64,000 nucleotides of DNA from a virus. Below are positions 35,475-44,817 of the stretch, in pieces. The stretch's first letter is position 1. Each line of letters starts with the position of its first letter. Under the pieces are notes generated by a model that was not told where the DNA came from, made no database searches, and was given only the letters and a program-made list of their open reading frames with translations. A program made the position numbers and the translations under genes. The stretch is from the IMG/VR virus record IMGVR_UViG_3300045988_184134; one strand, 5' to 3'.

Positions 35475-35492
35475 TATACCACATGTGGTATA
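35475..35492. promoter_or_regulatory. 18-bp perfect palindrome TATACCACATGTGGTATA (candidate operator)
   Basis: Exact inverted repeat in the non-coding region 35261..35640, next to a TGTATAAT -10-like sequence at 35541..35548. Confidence 0.4.
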
Positions 35493-35642
35493 CAAAATCA
35501 AGATGCAATCCGAAAATATGGCACATTTAGTGCTTTGTCTGTATAATGAGTTGAACTTTTTTGCCTCTGTTTGTGGAGCTCAATCCAAAAAGATAGCCGT
35601 TTTCCAACCTTTTGGGAAATGAGATACACTTTTAACTTTAAC

Positions 35643-36153
35643 TCATTCCTGAAGCAGAGTAATGATGACGGTTCTGGCATTGGAGTAGTCCGAGGCACAG
35701 GTCGTCAGTGCCAACACCTTATAAGCTCCAGCATCTTTTTTGTAGGCTGCGAGTACATCCTGATTTACGTTCTCTGCATTTTCTTCTACATGTCTCGGCA
35801 GCAAAGCCAAACGGTGCGTAGACGCTTTCCAGCTGTTCAGCCGTTAGATAGTAGCGTTCCCGGCCAGCCAGGTGTTCGGGTCCTTGCAGGTCTGTGGTAC
35901 TGCCCACCTTTGCCCAGTCACCATTGATGCAAGCAAAGAAACCGGCAGCCGAGCCGTCCTCGCTTTCAAGTTTGATGTCTGCTTCTTTGTCTTCTTCAAG
36001 GCTGCTTTGCATTGCTATTTCGGAGGTCGCAATTGATGTTGTATTCTGTCCCTTCTTATCATCTGCGTAAGCCGCCGGTATGAAAGGAGTAAACAACTGC
36101 GCGGCGAGCAAAATGGCAGCCGATAAGCTTGTGATTCTTTTTGCGTCTGTCAC
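35643..36153 (-). pseudogene. secreted protein with probable frameshift about 35825 (or assembly indel)
   Basis: GTG start with signal peptide TDAKRITSLSAAILLAAQLFTPFIPAAYA. After …YAPFGFAAET the annotated frame becomes Arg/Cys/Lys-rich junk, while an alternative frame reads protein-like (HVEENAENVNQDVLAAYKKDAGAYKVLALTTCASDYSNARTVIITLLQE-stop). Confidence 0.3.
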
Positions 36154-36380
36154 TGTATCACACCTTTGCTGATATTTTGCGAAAAAGTTATAATGTGACA
36201 ACCATTGCAATGGATATTGTTGCCAATTCGCACGTTTTGGCAACAAAAAGGCCCGACCGCTTTGGGTCGAGCTTAATGCTTCTTATTATATGTTGCTGGT
36301 TTTGCGTTTTCTTTTGGGACAGTGAAGTGTTTGCAAACAATTCATCACACACTGTCGAGATTTATTATGATATGGTATAA

Positions 36381-36389
36381 TGGGTATAG
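36381..36389 (+). promoter_or_regulatory. extended -10 (TGgTATAAT) for the GNAT-like gene
   Basis: Sequence match 23 nt upstream of the RBS. Confidence 0.35.
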
Positions 36390-36411
36390 AAAATGAGAGG
36401 AATGATGTGTA

Positions 36412-36825
36412 ATGCAAACCTCAATGCAGAGACTGTGTCTTTCAAACGAGCAGATTGAACGGCTTCAAGCTATCATAGAGTCAAAGCAAAACTGCAAGTG
36501 CCAGGCGGATGTATCGTTTGGCACTGTATGGATTACATCGGATGATGAACTCAATGAGCTGCGAGTCTCTTTTCTGGGTGATTTCGAGCTTGTCGTGTCC
36601 CGCGTTGGCTTTACTCATAAGCGTCGTGGTACGATGACTTCTGTTCTGGAAGAACTGAAGAAGATATGCACCGAGGTCGGCGTTCCCAGGATTGTGATAC
36701 AGTCTGTTCTGACACCTGAGATGCAGGCATTCTGCCAGGCGCATCATATTGAGCCTGACAAGAACACAACCATGCAGGTTGGTGATGTCTTGGTAGGCGA
36801 CTATTATCTTATGCTGGATACCTGA
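36412..36825 (+). CDS. GNAT-family acetyltransferase-like protein (plus strand)
   Basis: FTHKRRGTMTSVLEELKKICTEVG resembles GNAT motif A; extended -10 (TGgTATAAT) at 36381..36389. Confidence 0.45.
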   Translation: MQTSMQRLCLSNEQIERLQAIIESKQNCKCQADVSFGTVWITSDDELNELRVSFLGDFELVVSRVGFTHKRRGTMTSVLEELKKICTEVGVPRIVIQSVLTPEMQAFCQAHHIEPDKNTTMQVGDVLVGDYYLMLDT

Positions 36826-36831
36826 ACCTTT

Positions 36832-37221
36832 TCAGCATTCGAGAACTTCCGGGTCTCCATCGAAATTCTCTCCCCTGTCGAGGCGCTGCCCCACAGAGAA
36901 GTTGATGACAAGGGGGTCCTTGTCATATTCAGAATAGTCGAAGTCTTCCCTCTCACCGTCACTCAACGCTGGGTCATACTCAATTGTTGCGAGCCAAGCA
37001 TCGAACGGCATTTCATCATGGGTTGCGATGTATTTGGCGTACTGCCCAAACAGTTCGCAGCATCTGGGCCACGGCAGAGGATTGTCAAGATAAAACTCAA
37101 GCTGCCAGTCCTCATACGGAGTCAGGTCGTTCACGCCGTAACGCTGGAGCCCCTTGAGTGCTTCCTGGCCTTCCTTGCTGGTAAAGAGATAATCGTATCC
37201 GTTCATGTTCATTTCCGTCAT
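36832..37221 (-). CDS. hypothetical acidic protein (129 aa)
   Basis: Converges on the GNAT-like gene. Confidence 0.45.
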   Translation of the reverse strand: MTEMNMNGYDYLFTSKEGQEALKGLQRYGVNDLTPYEDWQLEFYLDNPLPWPRCCELFGQYAKYIATHDEMPFDAWLATIEYDPALSDGEREDFDYSEYDKDPLVINFSVGQRLDRGENFDGDPEVLEC

Positions 37222-37380
37222 CTTTTACAGGTCCTTTCTTTATTTGTGTTTCTTCCAAGTTCGTGGTGGTCGGCCGAGTCCCTGCCCCCTTTCTTTGTGG
37301 GGTCACTCTATAAAGAGATATTTTCTATAAAAATGTAAACCGCTATATACAAAAAGCCTCCAAAATTCTGGCGGCTGCTG

Positions 37381-37905
37381 TTATTTGTGATGGAGAGGTG
37401 CTGCTCCGAGTAATGCTGTCACATCAAACGACGATGCGTTATAGACTGTCAGCTGTTTCTCAAGCGCGTATTTCACAGTATAAGCTGTGCCGCCTGTCTG
37501 CTTCGTGCAGTAAGAAATGCAATAGTCTGAGCAATCGACCAGATGCCTGTCACGGGTCAAGTAAGCACTCTTGCTCGGCTCTTTACTGACATAGACGATT
37601 TTGTCCATCTTTTTGTCTAAGTTCTTAGCATGGAGCTGCTGTTCTGGAGTCCATCGGTCGCGGTAGCCTTCAAAAGGAAGCACCTCGATGATGCGCAGGC
37701 GGCCGTTTTCTTTCTTCAGCTCAATGAGCATCTCCGCTACGAGGGTATCGAATCCTAAAGCACCGCCTACTCCATAGTAGATAATTCCGCTCTGGATGAG
37801 TGGGATAAGCCGATGCCTTACTCTGGTTAGAATCTTTGTTTGCTCTCCCGGCGGGATGTTTCGATGCCCCGTAAAGCAGCATGTTTGCTTCTTAAATTTT
37901 CCCAT
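37381..37905 (-). CDS. SLOG-superfamily protein (DUF1273/YpsA-like)
   Basis: CCFTGHRN…GGALGFD pattern typical of YpsA/DprA-like SLOG Rossmann domains. Confidence 0.4.
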   Translation of the reverse strand: MGKFKKQTCCFTGHRNIPPGEQTKILTRVRHRLIPLIQSGIIYYGVGGALGFDTLVAEMLIELKKENGRLRIIEVLPFEGYRDRWTPEQQLHAKNLDKKMDKIVYVSKEPSKSAYLTRDRHLVDCSDYCISYCTKQTGGTAYTVKYALEKQLTVYNASSFDVTALLGAAPLHHK

Positions 37906-37975
37906 ACCGGCTCCTTTCTGTCAATTGGACAATTTATCATCTTTTGTCAATTCCGCTCACAAATAAAGTGACGAT

Positions 37976-38003
37976 ATTGACGAATTAGCGCAATTCCGTA
38001 TAA
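37976..38003 (+). promoter_or_regulatory. plus-strand promoter TTGACG-N16-TATAAT for the BlaI-like / XRE regulator pair
   Basis: Near-consensus hexamers; spacer contains CGAATTAGCGCAATTCCG. Confidence 0.5.
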
Positions 38004-38035
38004 TTGAAATCAGCATTACAGAATAACAATGAAAG

Positions 38036-38431
38036 TTGGTGTTTTCTATGGCAGCTTCCAGCCATGCGCCCCGTCCGTATCATCTGACTCCCGCAGAGGA
38101 AACCGTTATGAAAGCTTTCTGGAACAGCAAAAAGCCGCTGTGCCAGCAGGATATCCTTGACCATGTGAAAGAGAATGGTGACCTGTTCTGGAAAGAGCGT
38201 TCCATCTTCGCCATCATCAATTCTCTGATGAAGAAAGGCTGTATCAAGGAGGATGGGATGGTTCGCGCCGGTAAAACCTATGCCAGAACTTTTGCTCCCG
38301 CAATGAGCCGTGCAGAGTTCTATGCGGGCATGGTGACGAACGCGCTGACGAAGAAAGAGCTGGTCGAGTTCCGTCGCGCTATGCGTCAGTTAGCGAACGA
38401 AGATTCTGAATCTTCCGATGAGGAGGCTTGA
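38036..38431 (+). CDS. BlaI/MecI/CopY-family winged-helix transcriptional repressor
   Basis: LTPAEETVMKAFW…QQDILDHV…ERSIFAIINSLMKKGCIKEDGMVRAGKTYARTFAP matches the penicillinase-repressor family. Confidence 0.6.
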   Translation: MVFSMAASSHAPRPYHLTPAEETVMKAFWNSKKPLCQQDILDHVKENGDLFWKERSIFAIINSLMKKGCIKEDGMVRAGKTYARTFAPAMSRAEFYAGMVTNALTKKELVEFRRAMRQLANEDSESSDEEA

Positions 38432-38437
38432 CTTCAT

Positions 38438-38746
38438 TTGGAGGTGACTCTTATGCCGAATGCACGGATATTAGGTGCTTATATCAGGCAGAGGATGAAA
38501 GAGAAAAATCTTTCCGTAAGTGCTGTTGCCTCTATGCTTAGTTGTAGCGAGGTGGATGTGCAGAGGCTTTTATGTGGCCGGGCACTTGCTTCATACCCAC
38601 AGATGCAGCGCCTGGCGGAAGGCTTAGGTTTATCTGTGCCTGCACTGCTGCGGAATGCCTCCAGAATTGAGACAAACGCTTCCAGAGAAAAGATTCTTGA
38701 CATTATCTGGGACTACATGGATGTCCGAGATGCGGTACTATGTTGA
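38438..38746 (+). CDS. XRE-family HTH regulator
   Basis: LGAYIRQRMKEKNLSVSAVASMLSCSEVDVQRLLCG helix-turn-helix. Confidence 0.55.
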   Translation: MEVTLMPNARILGAYIRQRMKEKNLSVSAVASMLSCSEVDVQRLLCGRALASYPQMQRLAEGLGLSVPALLRNASRIETNASREKILDIIWDYMDVRDAVLC

Positions 38747-38768
38747 CTACACGCCACAGTGGTGGGCC

Positions 38769-39041
38769 TTAACAAGGGTCTGCTGCCGTGGCGTTTTTTC
38801 TTGCTTCCACGAACCATTTATCTACTTCATAATAGAGGTATGTTCTGGCCCTTCCAATCTGGCATGTATAGCGGACTCCCACTCCGCCAGTCTTGGAGTA
38901 TTTGCGCGGCATCACCTCTGAGATGTTGGTGATGTCGAAGCGTTGGCCCGTATCCCAGATAACGGTCTGTGGCATGAGCGTTCCGTCCGGCTGAAAGTCA
39001 GCGATGACCTCAACATATTTCTTGATTCTCTGTTCTGGCAT
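38769..39041 (-). CDS. small protein immediately downstream of the Y-family polymerase (YolD-like by position)
   Basis: In SPbeta-type elements the uvrX-like Y-polymerase is followed by yolD; positional inference only. Confidence 0.3.
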   Translation of the reverse strand: MPEQRIKKYVEVIADFQPDGTLMPQTVIWDTGQRFDITNISEVMPRKYSKTGGVGVRYTCQIGRARTYLYYEVDKWFVEARKNATAADPC

Positions 39042-39044
39042 GGA

Positions 39045-40313
39045 TTATATGCTCCCTTGTAAGTATCCGTGTGGGTGAATCGTATGGTCTGCCCTCGCGT
39101 CGCAATGCGAGAGGAGTCGGTCCTTATACATCACAGCTCGCTGTACAGAATAGTATCCAAATCGGTTTCTGACCCCATCAATGGCAGATTCTAAGCGTTC
39201 CATCTCTTCTTGCTTTTCGGCACTGAAGTCGAACGAGATTTGGCAAGGCTCCGTATCCGGCTGTAGGTCTATGGCCCGCACGCCAATGGAACGAAGATGC
39301 TCGCTCCAATGATAGTGCTTTTTATATAACGTGAACGCGGCGGTCGCTATCTCTTGCTCTTGCATTGTCGGCAGGGACAGTTTCATCTGGCGCTCGAAGC
39401 TGAATAGGTTGGAGTCCCTCAAACTCACCTCCACGCCTCGGCATCGGAAATGGTTCTCTCGGAGGCGTGCCGCGACACTCTCTGCGAGTAGGTAAAGCAC
39501 TATCCAAACATCCTGGTCGGTCTTTAAGTCCCGTGGTGTCGTCCAGCTATTTCCGATGCTCTTGATGGGAGCAAGCACCTCCCGCTGCTCGTACTTCGCC
39601 ACCGGGTCAGAGTCCAGGCCGTTGGCAAACCTCCAGAGCAAGAGTCCTACCTTGCCGAGCTTCTCCTGCAAGAACTGAGGTCTGGTCTTTGCCAAGTCTC
39701 CAATGGTATGTATAGCATAGCTATCTAACTTAGCAGCCGTTTTCTTTCCTACATATAGCAAATCCGAAGCAGGCAGCGGAAAGACTATCTTCTCGAAATT
39801 CTGTCTATTGATGACCGTAATGGCATCTGGCTTTTTGTAGTCCGAGCCGAGCTTTGCCATCGTTTTATTCCAACTGACTCCGACCGAGCAGGTAATGCCG
39901 AGTTCGTCCTTGACGGTGTCGGAGATTTTCTTTGCTATCTCCTCCCCTGTCCCAAAGAGAGACTGACTCGCGGTACAATCGAGCCAGGCTTCGTCCAAGC
40001 CAAACGGTTCGACCTGGTCGGTATAGCGCAGGAAGATTTCTCTGGTATAGCCGCTGAATCGGGTGTATAGGTCATAGTGAGCCGGAACAAAGGTGATGTC
40101 TCTGCAATGTTGCTGTGCCTCCCAAAGCGGCATACCAGTTTTCACGCCCATCCGCTTGGCCGGATACGAAGCTGTCAATACGATGCCGCTCCGCCGTTCT
40201 GGGTCACCGCATACTGCAATCGGCTTGTCCCGTAATTCAGGATGGTAGGCCATCTCACAGCTGGCATAGAAGCAGTTCATATCGCAATGAAGGACGGCTC
40301 GTTCTTTTGCCAT
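39045..40313 (-). CDS. Y-family DNA polymerase (DinB/UmuC/UvrX-like)
   Basis: MAKERAVLHCDMNCFYASCEMAYHPELRDKPIAVCGD… N-terminal signature. Start trimmed to MAK because the TGYGCGAATTG promoter motifs at 40326..40365 lie inside the longer ORF-track version. Confidence 0.85.
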   Translation of the reverse strand: MAKERAVLHCDMNCFYASCEMAYHPELRDKPIAVCGDPERRSGIVLTASYPAKRMGVKTGMPLWEAQQHCRDITFVPAHYDLYTRFSGYTREIFLRYTDQVEPFGLDEAWLDCTASQSLFGTGEEIAKKISDTVKDELGITCSVGVSWNKTMAKLGSDYKKPDAITVINRQNFEKIVFPLPASDLLYVGKKTAAKLDSYAIHTIGDLAKTRPQFLQEKLGKVGLLLWRFANGLDSDPVAKYEQREVLAPIKSIGNSWTTPRDLKTDQDVWIVLYLLAESVAARLRENHFRCRGVEVSLRDSNLFSFERQMKLSLPTMQEQEIATAAFTLYKKHYHWSEHLRSIGVRAIDLQPDTEPCQISFDFSAEKQEEMERLESAIDGVRNRFGYYSVQRAVMYKDRLLSHCDARADHTIHPHGYLQGSI

Positions 40314-40325
40314 AATATACAACCT

Positions 40326-40365
40326 CAATTCGTACAGATGGTTCCTAATTCGCATATAACAACCG
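40326..40365 (-). promoter_or_regulatory. two tandem TGYRCGAATTR motifs immediately upstream of the Y-family polymerase start
   Basis: TATGCGAATTAG and TGTACGAATTGAGG on the minus strand; -10 TATATT abuts the ATG. Confidence 0.35.
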
Positions 40366-40508
40366 ACTGTTGTTATTATAGCCTATCAAGTGGTGGGATG
40401 CAAGGGGTATGGAAGAATTTGCCGTTTGCAATCCCATTAGTTACTCTACAACTGTGGAAGACCTTGACAAAAGAAAGAGAGGAGCTTGTTTAGCTCCCCT
40501 CTTTTACT

Positions 40509-42218
40509 TTATTCTGTGATATTCAGTTTTTTGAGTTCCTCGTACACGCTCTGCTCTACAAGACTTAGCGATGTGACATCACGGATATAGCCTACTGGAA
40601 CGCCTTTTCGTCCGGCAAGGTCTTTGATTGGCGTATACTCTTTATGGCCCATGCTGTCAGTCTTGAAGAGTACGGCGGCCGCACCGTCCAATTGCCTATC
40701 GGCCGTCATTGCTTTATCTTTCTCGACGACAGCGGCTTCCGGGTATTTCTGAGCGAATTTGCCCATGATGTTTGGATGCCCACCAACGAAGACGATTTTC
40801 TTAGCCGAGAAGATTTTTGAAAGTTCCTCCTCATAGTTGATGTCTGTTTCCGCCGGGGCAGCCTCTACTCTTTCTTCGGTCGGTTGAGCTGGAAGCTGCT
40901 GACGCAGCCTGGCGTTCTCTTCCCGCAGGGCTTTGAGTTGTTCCTCAAGGTCTGTGATTTGCTTTTGCTGGGACTCGACCTTGGATTGGATGCCTGCATA
41001 GCGATTCCTGGCATCCTCGGCCGCACGCTCTGCCGCATCGGCGCGGACCTTGTATTCCTTCAGAGACTCTTTCTGCTGTTTCAGCAGCTCACCGTCCCGT
41101 TCCATCTGTCGCTTGCACTTCTTCAGTTCATTGTTTAGGCGGGTCCCCTGCGGATTGAAGAAGTAGTCCTGTAATCCTTCCAGCACAGTTTTCTTCGTTT
41201 GCTCGCAAAGCATCGTATAGTAAGTAGCATTAAAGAGTGCAGTACGGAATATTTTCACTTTCTCTTTTGCTATCTGTATGGTTTCGTCATCGTAAGCAGA
41301 TTCGTTTTCTGCGTCAATCGCTTCCCATACCTTCTCAAGCGGTGCATCTACTTTATCGATACTGGCGGCCGTATAAGCAGCAACTGCCATGTGCATCAGC
41401 ATTTCCTTGGACAGCACCTGCTTATCCATTCTTTGCTGGTTCATTACGCCACTGGCCGTGAGTGTCGCGATAAGAGGCATCTGAAGAGCGTTTTCTTCAT
41501 CGCGTTCTATACCTGTTTTCCGGCGCATCGTATTGGAGTCGTTAATCCAGGTGGCACCGAAGCTTTTAGCAGCAAATCGCGGCCGTACTATGGTTCGATA
41601 CAAATAGTCGTAGCGTTCCATGTAGCGAACCTTGGCAGTGGTATTGATATTACCCAACAGCATCATCGCCAAGAGTGCATTGGTGTAGATGTCATTGCTG
41701 CAAGAATCGAAATTCTTGTATCGCGGTGCATATACCGCAAAGAAGGCTCTGGATGGCGGATTCAGTTTATGTTCTGTAAAAGCGTCATACGCTATGGTTT
41801 GCTTGCTCTTGTCGTCATCAGGGGTTGACTCTATCTTACTGTATACTGCTTCGAGCGCCTTCTCGTTAATCGCAGGCAATTTTTCTTTCTTTGTGTTTTT
41901 CAGATAGGTTGATAGGAGGTCTTCGGTAAACTGCGGCTTATCATCTTCGTCGCTGCTTAGAATACATGCCAGGCATAGGACTGCATTGCGGCTCTGCACT
42001 GTATCTAAGCCTAATATGTACTGGAGCGTTTTCTCTCCGTGGCAGATTGCTTTGATATGCTTATCTACCTTATCCTGATGCTCACTGTAGTATTTGCCGG
42101 ACAACTCTATGCACGCTTTGCTTCGGCTCGCAAATAGCGCCATGCGTTCGGCGTACTTATCGTACAATGCGCCCACTGTCATGGTTTTTGGAATTTTGTT
42201 CTTTGCCACGTCATTCAC
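40509..42218 (-). CDS. coiled-coil protein with conserved C-terminal VFVGGHP domain (569 aa)
   Basis: Long Glu/Lys/Arg coiled coil at about aa 370..460. C-terminal KKIVFVGGHPNIMGKF… is paralogous to the C-terminus of 43808..44452. Confidence 0.5.
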   Translation of the reverse strand: MNDVAKNKIPKTMTVGALYDKYAERMALFASRSKACIELSGKYYSEHQDKVDKHIKAICHGEKTLQYILGLDTVQSRNAVLCLACILSSDEDDKPQFTEDLLSTYLKNTKKEKLPAINEKALEAVYSKIESTPDDDKSKQTIAYDAFTEHKLNPPSRAFFAVYAPRYKNFDSCSNDIYTNALLAMMLLGNINTTAKVRYMERYDYLYRTIVRPRFAAKSFGATWINDSNTMRRKTGIERDEENALQMPLIATLTASGVMNQQRMDKQVLSKEMLMHMAVAAYTAASIDKVDAPLEKVWEAIDAENESAYDDETIQIAKEKVKIFRTALFNATYYTMLCEQTKKTVLEGLQDYFFNPQGTRLNNELKKCKRQMERDGELLKQQKESLKEYKVRADAAERAAEDARNRYAGIQSKVESQQKQITDLEEQLKALREENARLRQQLPAQPTEERVEAAPAETDINYEEELSKIFSAKKIVFVGGHPNIMGKFAQKYPEAAVVEKDKAMTADRQLDGAAAVLFKTDSMGHKEYTPIKDLAGRKGVPVGYIRDVTSLSLVEQSVYEELKKLNITE

Positions 42219-42279
42219 TCCTTTTCTATCTGTATTATACCAAGAGCGGTATCAACAACCAATGTTGGCGGTAAGAATG

Positions 42280-42744
42280 TTACAGATTCTTCAGTTCTTC
42301 TTTGATAAACGCCCATAAGTCAGGAAGGTGAAGAGCTGTGCGGAGGTAATCTGAAAGTTCTTTGTACTGGCTAAGGCCTACTCGGCCGCGATAAAGATAC
42401 TGCTCCCCTGCATCGTTTGTCAGGGTCAGATACCAGCGGTCGGTATGATGGCTGTCCTCCGTCTGCAGGAGCATCGGCAAATCATGTTTTACTTTCTCGA
42501 ACACGGAATGTATTGCATCAGCCGGTAGATGATGAATGGTGTAGTGGTCTCGGACCGGTTCGTCTTCATCCAGATATTCGAGCTGTTCGAGATATACATG
42601 ACCTCCCTGTTCTGCCACAATGAGCCGCTGCTCTGATTCTTTGTTCGGTTCTGCATCGAGACTTAGTTTCGTACAGGTGGTACGAAGCTGCAATCTGATG
42701 ATGTTTTCCTCGAACCGCTTCGAGTTATGGTCTGTAAGTGCCAT
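42280..42744 (-). CDS. hypothetical protein (154 aa)
   Basis: Intact ORF. Confidence 0.45.
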   Translation of the reverse strand: MALTDHNSKRFEENIIRLQLRTTCTKLSLDAEPNKESEQRLIVAEQGGHVYLEQLEYLDEDEPVRDHYTIHHLPADAIHSVFEKVKHDLPMLLQTEDSHHTDRWYLTLTNDAGEQYLYRGRVGLSQYKELSDYLRTALHLPDLWAFIKEELKNL

Positions 42745-42855
42745 GAAGATGCCTCTTTCTGAGTACGATGTGTCTCTGTATAGTTTATCGCCCTATGCAC
42801 AACTCGTTTTCATTTTCCGCATGACGATGTTTGTATTTATAGCACGTAGCGTGCT

Positions 42856-43662
42856 TTATGGTTTGCGGCTCTCAAGGTTTTCCTTCTCACGCTGATAAGC
42901 AGAATCAAACTCTCTTTGTTTCTTCTCTCTCATAACATCTGAAAAGAGAATCAAGTTCTTGCGTTGCCCCATCTGTTCATCGTCTTGGAAGCCCTCAAAG
43001 GTCAGTTTGCAGTCGAGGGCCATCTCTAAGCTGACGATACGGGAATAGTCCTTATTGAGTGGAAGCTCGTGCTCTTCGTCATCCAAAAGCAGGATACTAT
43101 AGAGCCATCTGGCTGGTCCTTCGATAAAGTCAAGGTCAATCTTTGTGTCGAACAGTTCTTCGCCTGGGAACAGCGGTGATTTGACTTTCGGACATTCTTC
43201 ATCGAAGCCGAAATTATAAATCAGCTCGCAGTAAGGTGATGCGGGTGTTATCGTGCAGCGGTATTTTTCAGTCGGAAAGGCAATGCACTGTGTTAGAGTG
43301 TAGGCAAATGGCCCGGCGCTGCGAGTTGCAAGGTTGAAGTATTCCGCCCAGGCATTGAGGTCTGTTGTTAGATAGGAAATCGCTGCTTCCTGTATTTGCT
43401 TGATAGCATCCTTTCGGTTCGCATTCAGAAGCCCGCCTTCCGGGGCCTCTTTGCCCTGCTGCATCTGGAAGCCTTCTGCTTCGTCGTAGGATGCTTTCAC
43501 CTTTCCGGCTTTGATTTCAAGACGAGAGAATCCAAAGGCTCCATCATAGTGCAGAAAGCTGTACTTCCGTGTGTCGATATAAAGTGTTCCTTTGATGATA
43601 AACTCTGTGTCATAGAAGCCTATATGGTGGTAGCCGGAAACTTCCGTACGGATGATACTCAT
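42856..43662 (-). CDS. hypothetical protein (268 aa)
   Basis: Intact ORF. Confidence 0.45.
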   Translation of the reverse strand: MSIIRTEVSGYHHIGFYDTEFIIKGTLYIDTRKYSFLHYDGAFGFSRLEIKAGKVKASYDEAEGFQMQQGKEAPEGGLLNANRKDAIKQIQEAAISYLTTDLNAWAEYFNLATRSAGPFAYTLTQCIAFPTEKYRCTITPASPYCELIYNFGFDEECPKVKSPLFPGEELFDTKIDLDFIEGPARWLYSILLLDDEEHELPLNKDYSRIVSLEMALDCKLTFEGFQDDEQMGQRKNLILFSDVMREKKQREFDSAYQREKENLESRKP

Positions 43663-43807
43663 ACCAATACCCTCTTTTGATTTTTAGGAAACAGAGATTT
43701 TTTCAGAGAAAATTTTCAAAATTGCGAAAGCGGCTTGTAGCAAAGATTTAGCAAGTATTAGCAAGCTGCGTAGATAGTTTGCTCTGAGCTGAAGCAAGTA
43801 CCAGCTC

Positions 43808-44452
43808 TTATTGATGCAGGTCCGCGTCGACCACCTGTTCTGCGCATTTCGTTGCGGAAGCCGAAGTGAAATAGCGCAGTGGGATGTTCTTGCTGCGGAC
43901 AATGTCGATGATTTTGTAGAAAGCCTTATGGGAAAGGTAGTTCGTCTGCAGCCACACAATTTCAGCGCCCTTGATTTGTTCAGTGCTCGGTACACCATCC
44001 ACGAATTTCACATCAGGAATCATCGGCCGTATTGCTTTCAGCCAAGAAGGATGCCCGCCAAATACGATATGCTTCATGGTAGTGTGGTACGGGAACTCTA
44101 CCTGCGTTTTGGTATCTTTCCCGGCGGCAGAGTCTGCGTCGTTGGTCAGCGCAAACACCAGCTCACGAAGGTCGTTCAGTTCTTGCTTTTCTTTCTCGTG
44201 TTCTACAGAAGCCTTCTCTATGGCAGTAGTTAGTTCACCGATTGTCTTTTCAGCTTTATAGAGTGCCTGCTTATTCTTTTCGTGCGTATTCTTGAGTTTC
44301 TCAATCTCTGCTTCATACGTATCGCATTTGGCGCGTAAAGCATCGCACTCATCTTTTGTGTCGTTTGGAAAGTCGATACGGTCTTTCAAGTTGGACAGTA
44401 GAGATATGTATGCGGCGTATACAGCTCTACCTTCCGGCGCGGTTACGCCCAA
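43808..44452 (-). CDS. coiled-coil protein with C-terminal VFGGHP domain (paralogue of the 40509..42218 C-terminus), possibly a fragment
   Basis: HIVFGGHPSWLKAI…VDGVPS… domain after a coiled coil. Preceded by two further ORFs in other frames with only small gaps or overlaps. Confidence 0.45.
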   Translation of the reverse strand: MGVTAPEGRAVYAAYISLLSNLKDRIDFPNDTKDECDALRAKCDTYEAEIEKLKNTHEKNKQALYKAEKTIGELTTAIEKASVEHEKEKQELNDLRELVFALTNDADSAAGKDTKTQVEFPYHTTMKHIVFGGHPSWLKAIRPMIPDVKFVDGVPSTEQIKGAEIVWLQTNYLSHKAFYKIIDIVRSKNIPLRYFTSASATKCAEQVVDADLHQ

Positions 44453-44478
44453 ATCGGTAAGGGCTGTTTCTACTGGGT

Positions 44479-44817
44479 CTACGCTGGCTGTGTTACGTGG
44501 AACGAGGACTCCATCGGTATAGGTGTATACGGCACTGGAGTCTTTGCATCTGCACCTTCTTGTTGTACCAAGGACATTGTATCCCAGCAGATTGGCACAA
44601 CACTGCTATCTCTTGTCAGGTTGTCTTCCATTAGATGGAGCTTGGCTGTATTTGCATCGATATAGGAAGCGGACTGACCTGTTGCATCCAAGCATTGTTT
44701 GACTGCTCCTCCACACCACGGTAGTTGCGCCGCTGCGTAGGAGAGAAGCACACAGGATGGATAGTAAAGCCACGGAAGATTATCGCCGTTATCTATCATG
44801 TAATAGAATGCGAGCAC
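44479..44817 (-). CDS. ORF fragment (112 aa), possibly part of a frameshifted larger gene
   Basis: Separated from the flanking ORFs by a 26-nt gap (44453..44478) and a 22-nt overlap (44796..44817), in different frames. Confidence 0.25.
   Translation of the reverse strand: MLAFYYMIDNGDNLPWLYYPSCVLLSYAAAQLPWCGGAVKQCLDATGQSASYIDANTAKLHLMEDNLTRDSSVVPICWDTMSLVQQEGADAKTPVPYTPIPMESSFHVTQPA

Noticed and set aside
40314-40370. Searched for a LexA/Cheo SOS box upstream of the Y-family polymerase.
   Set aside because: GGAACCATCTGTAC is not a GAAC-N4-GTTC match. It was reported instead as element-specific motif copies.
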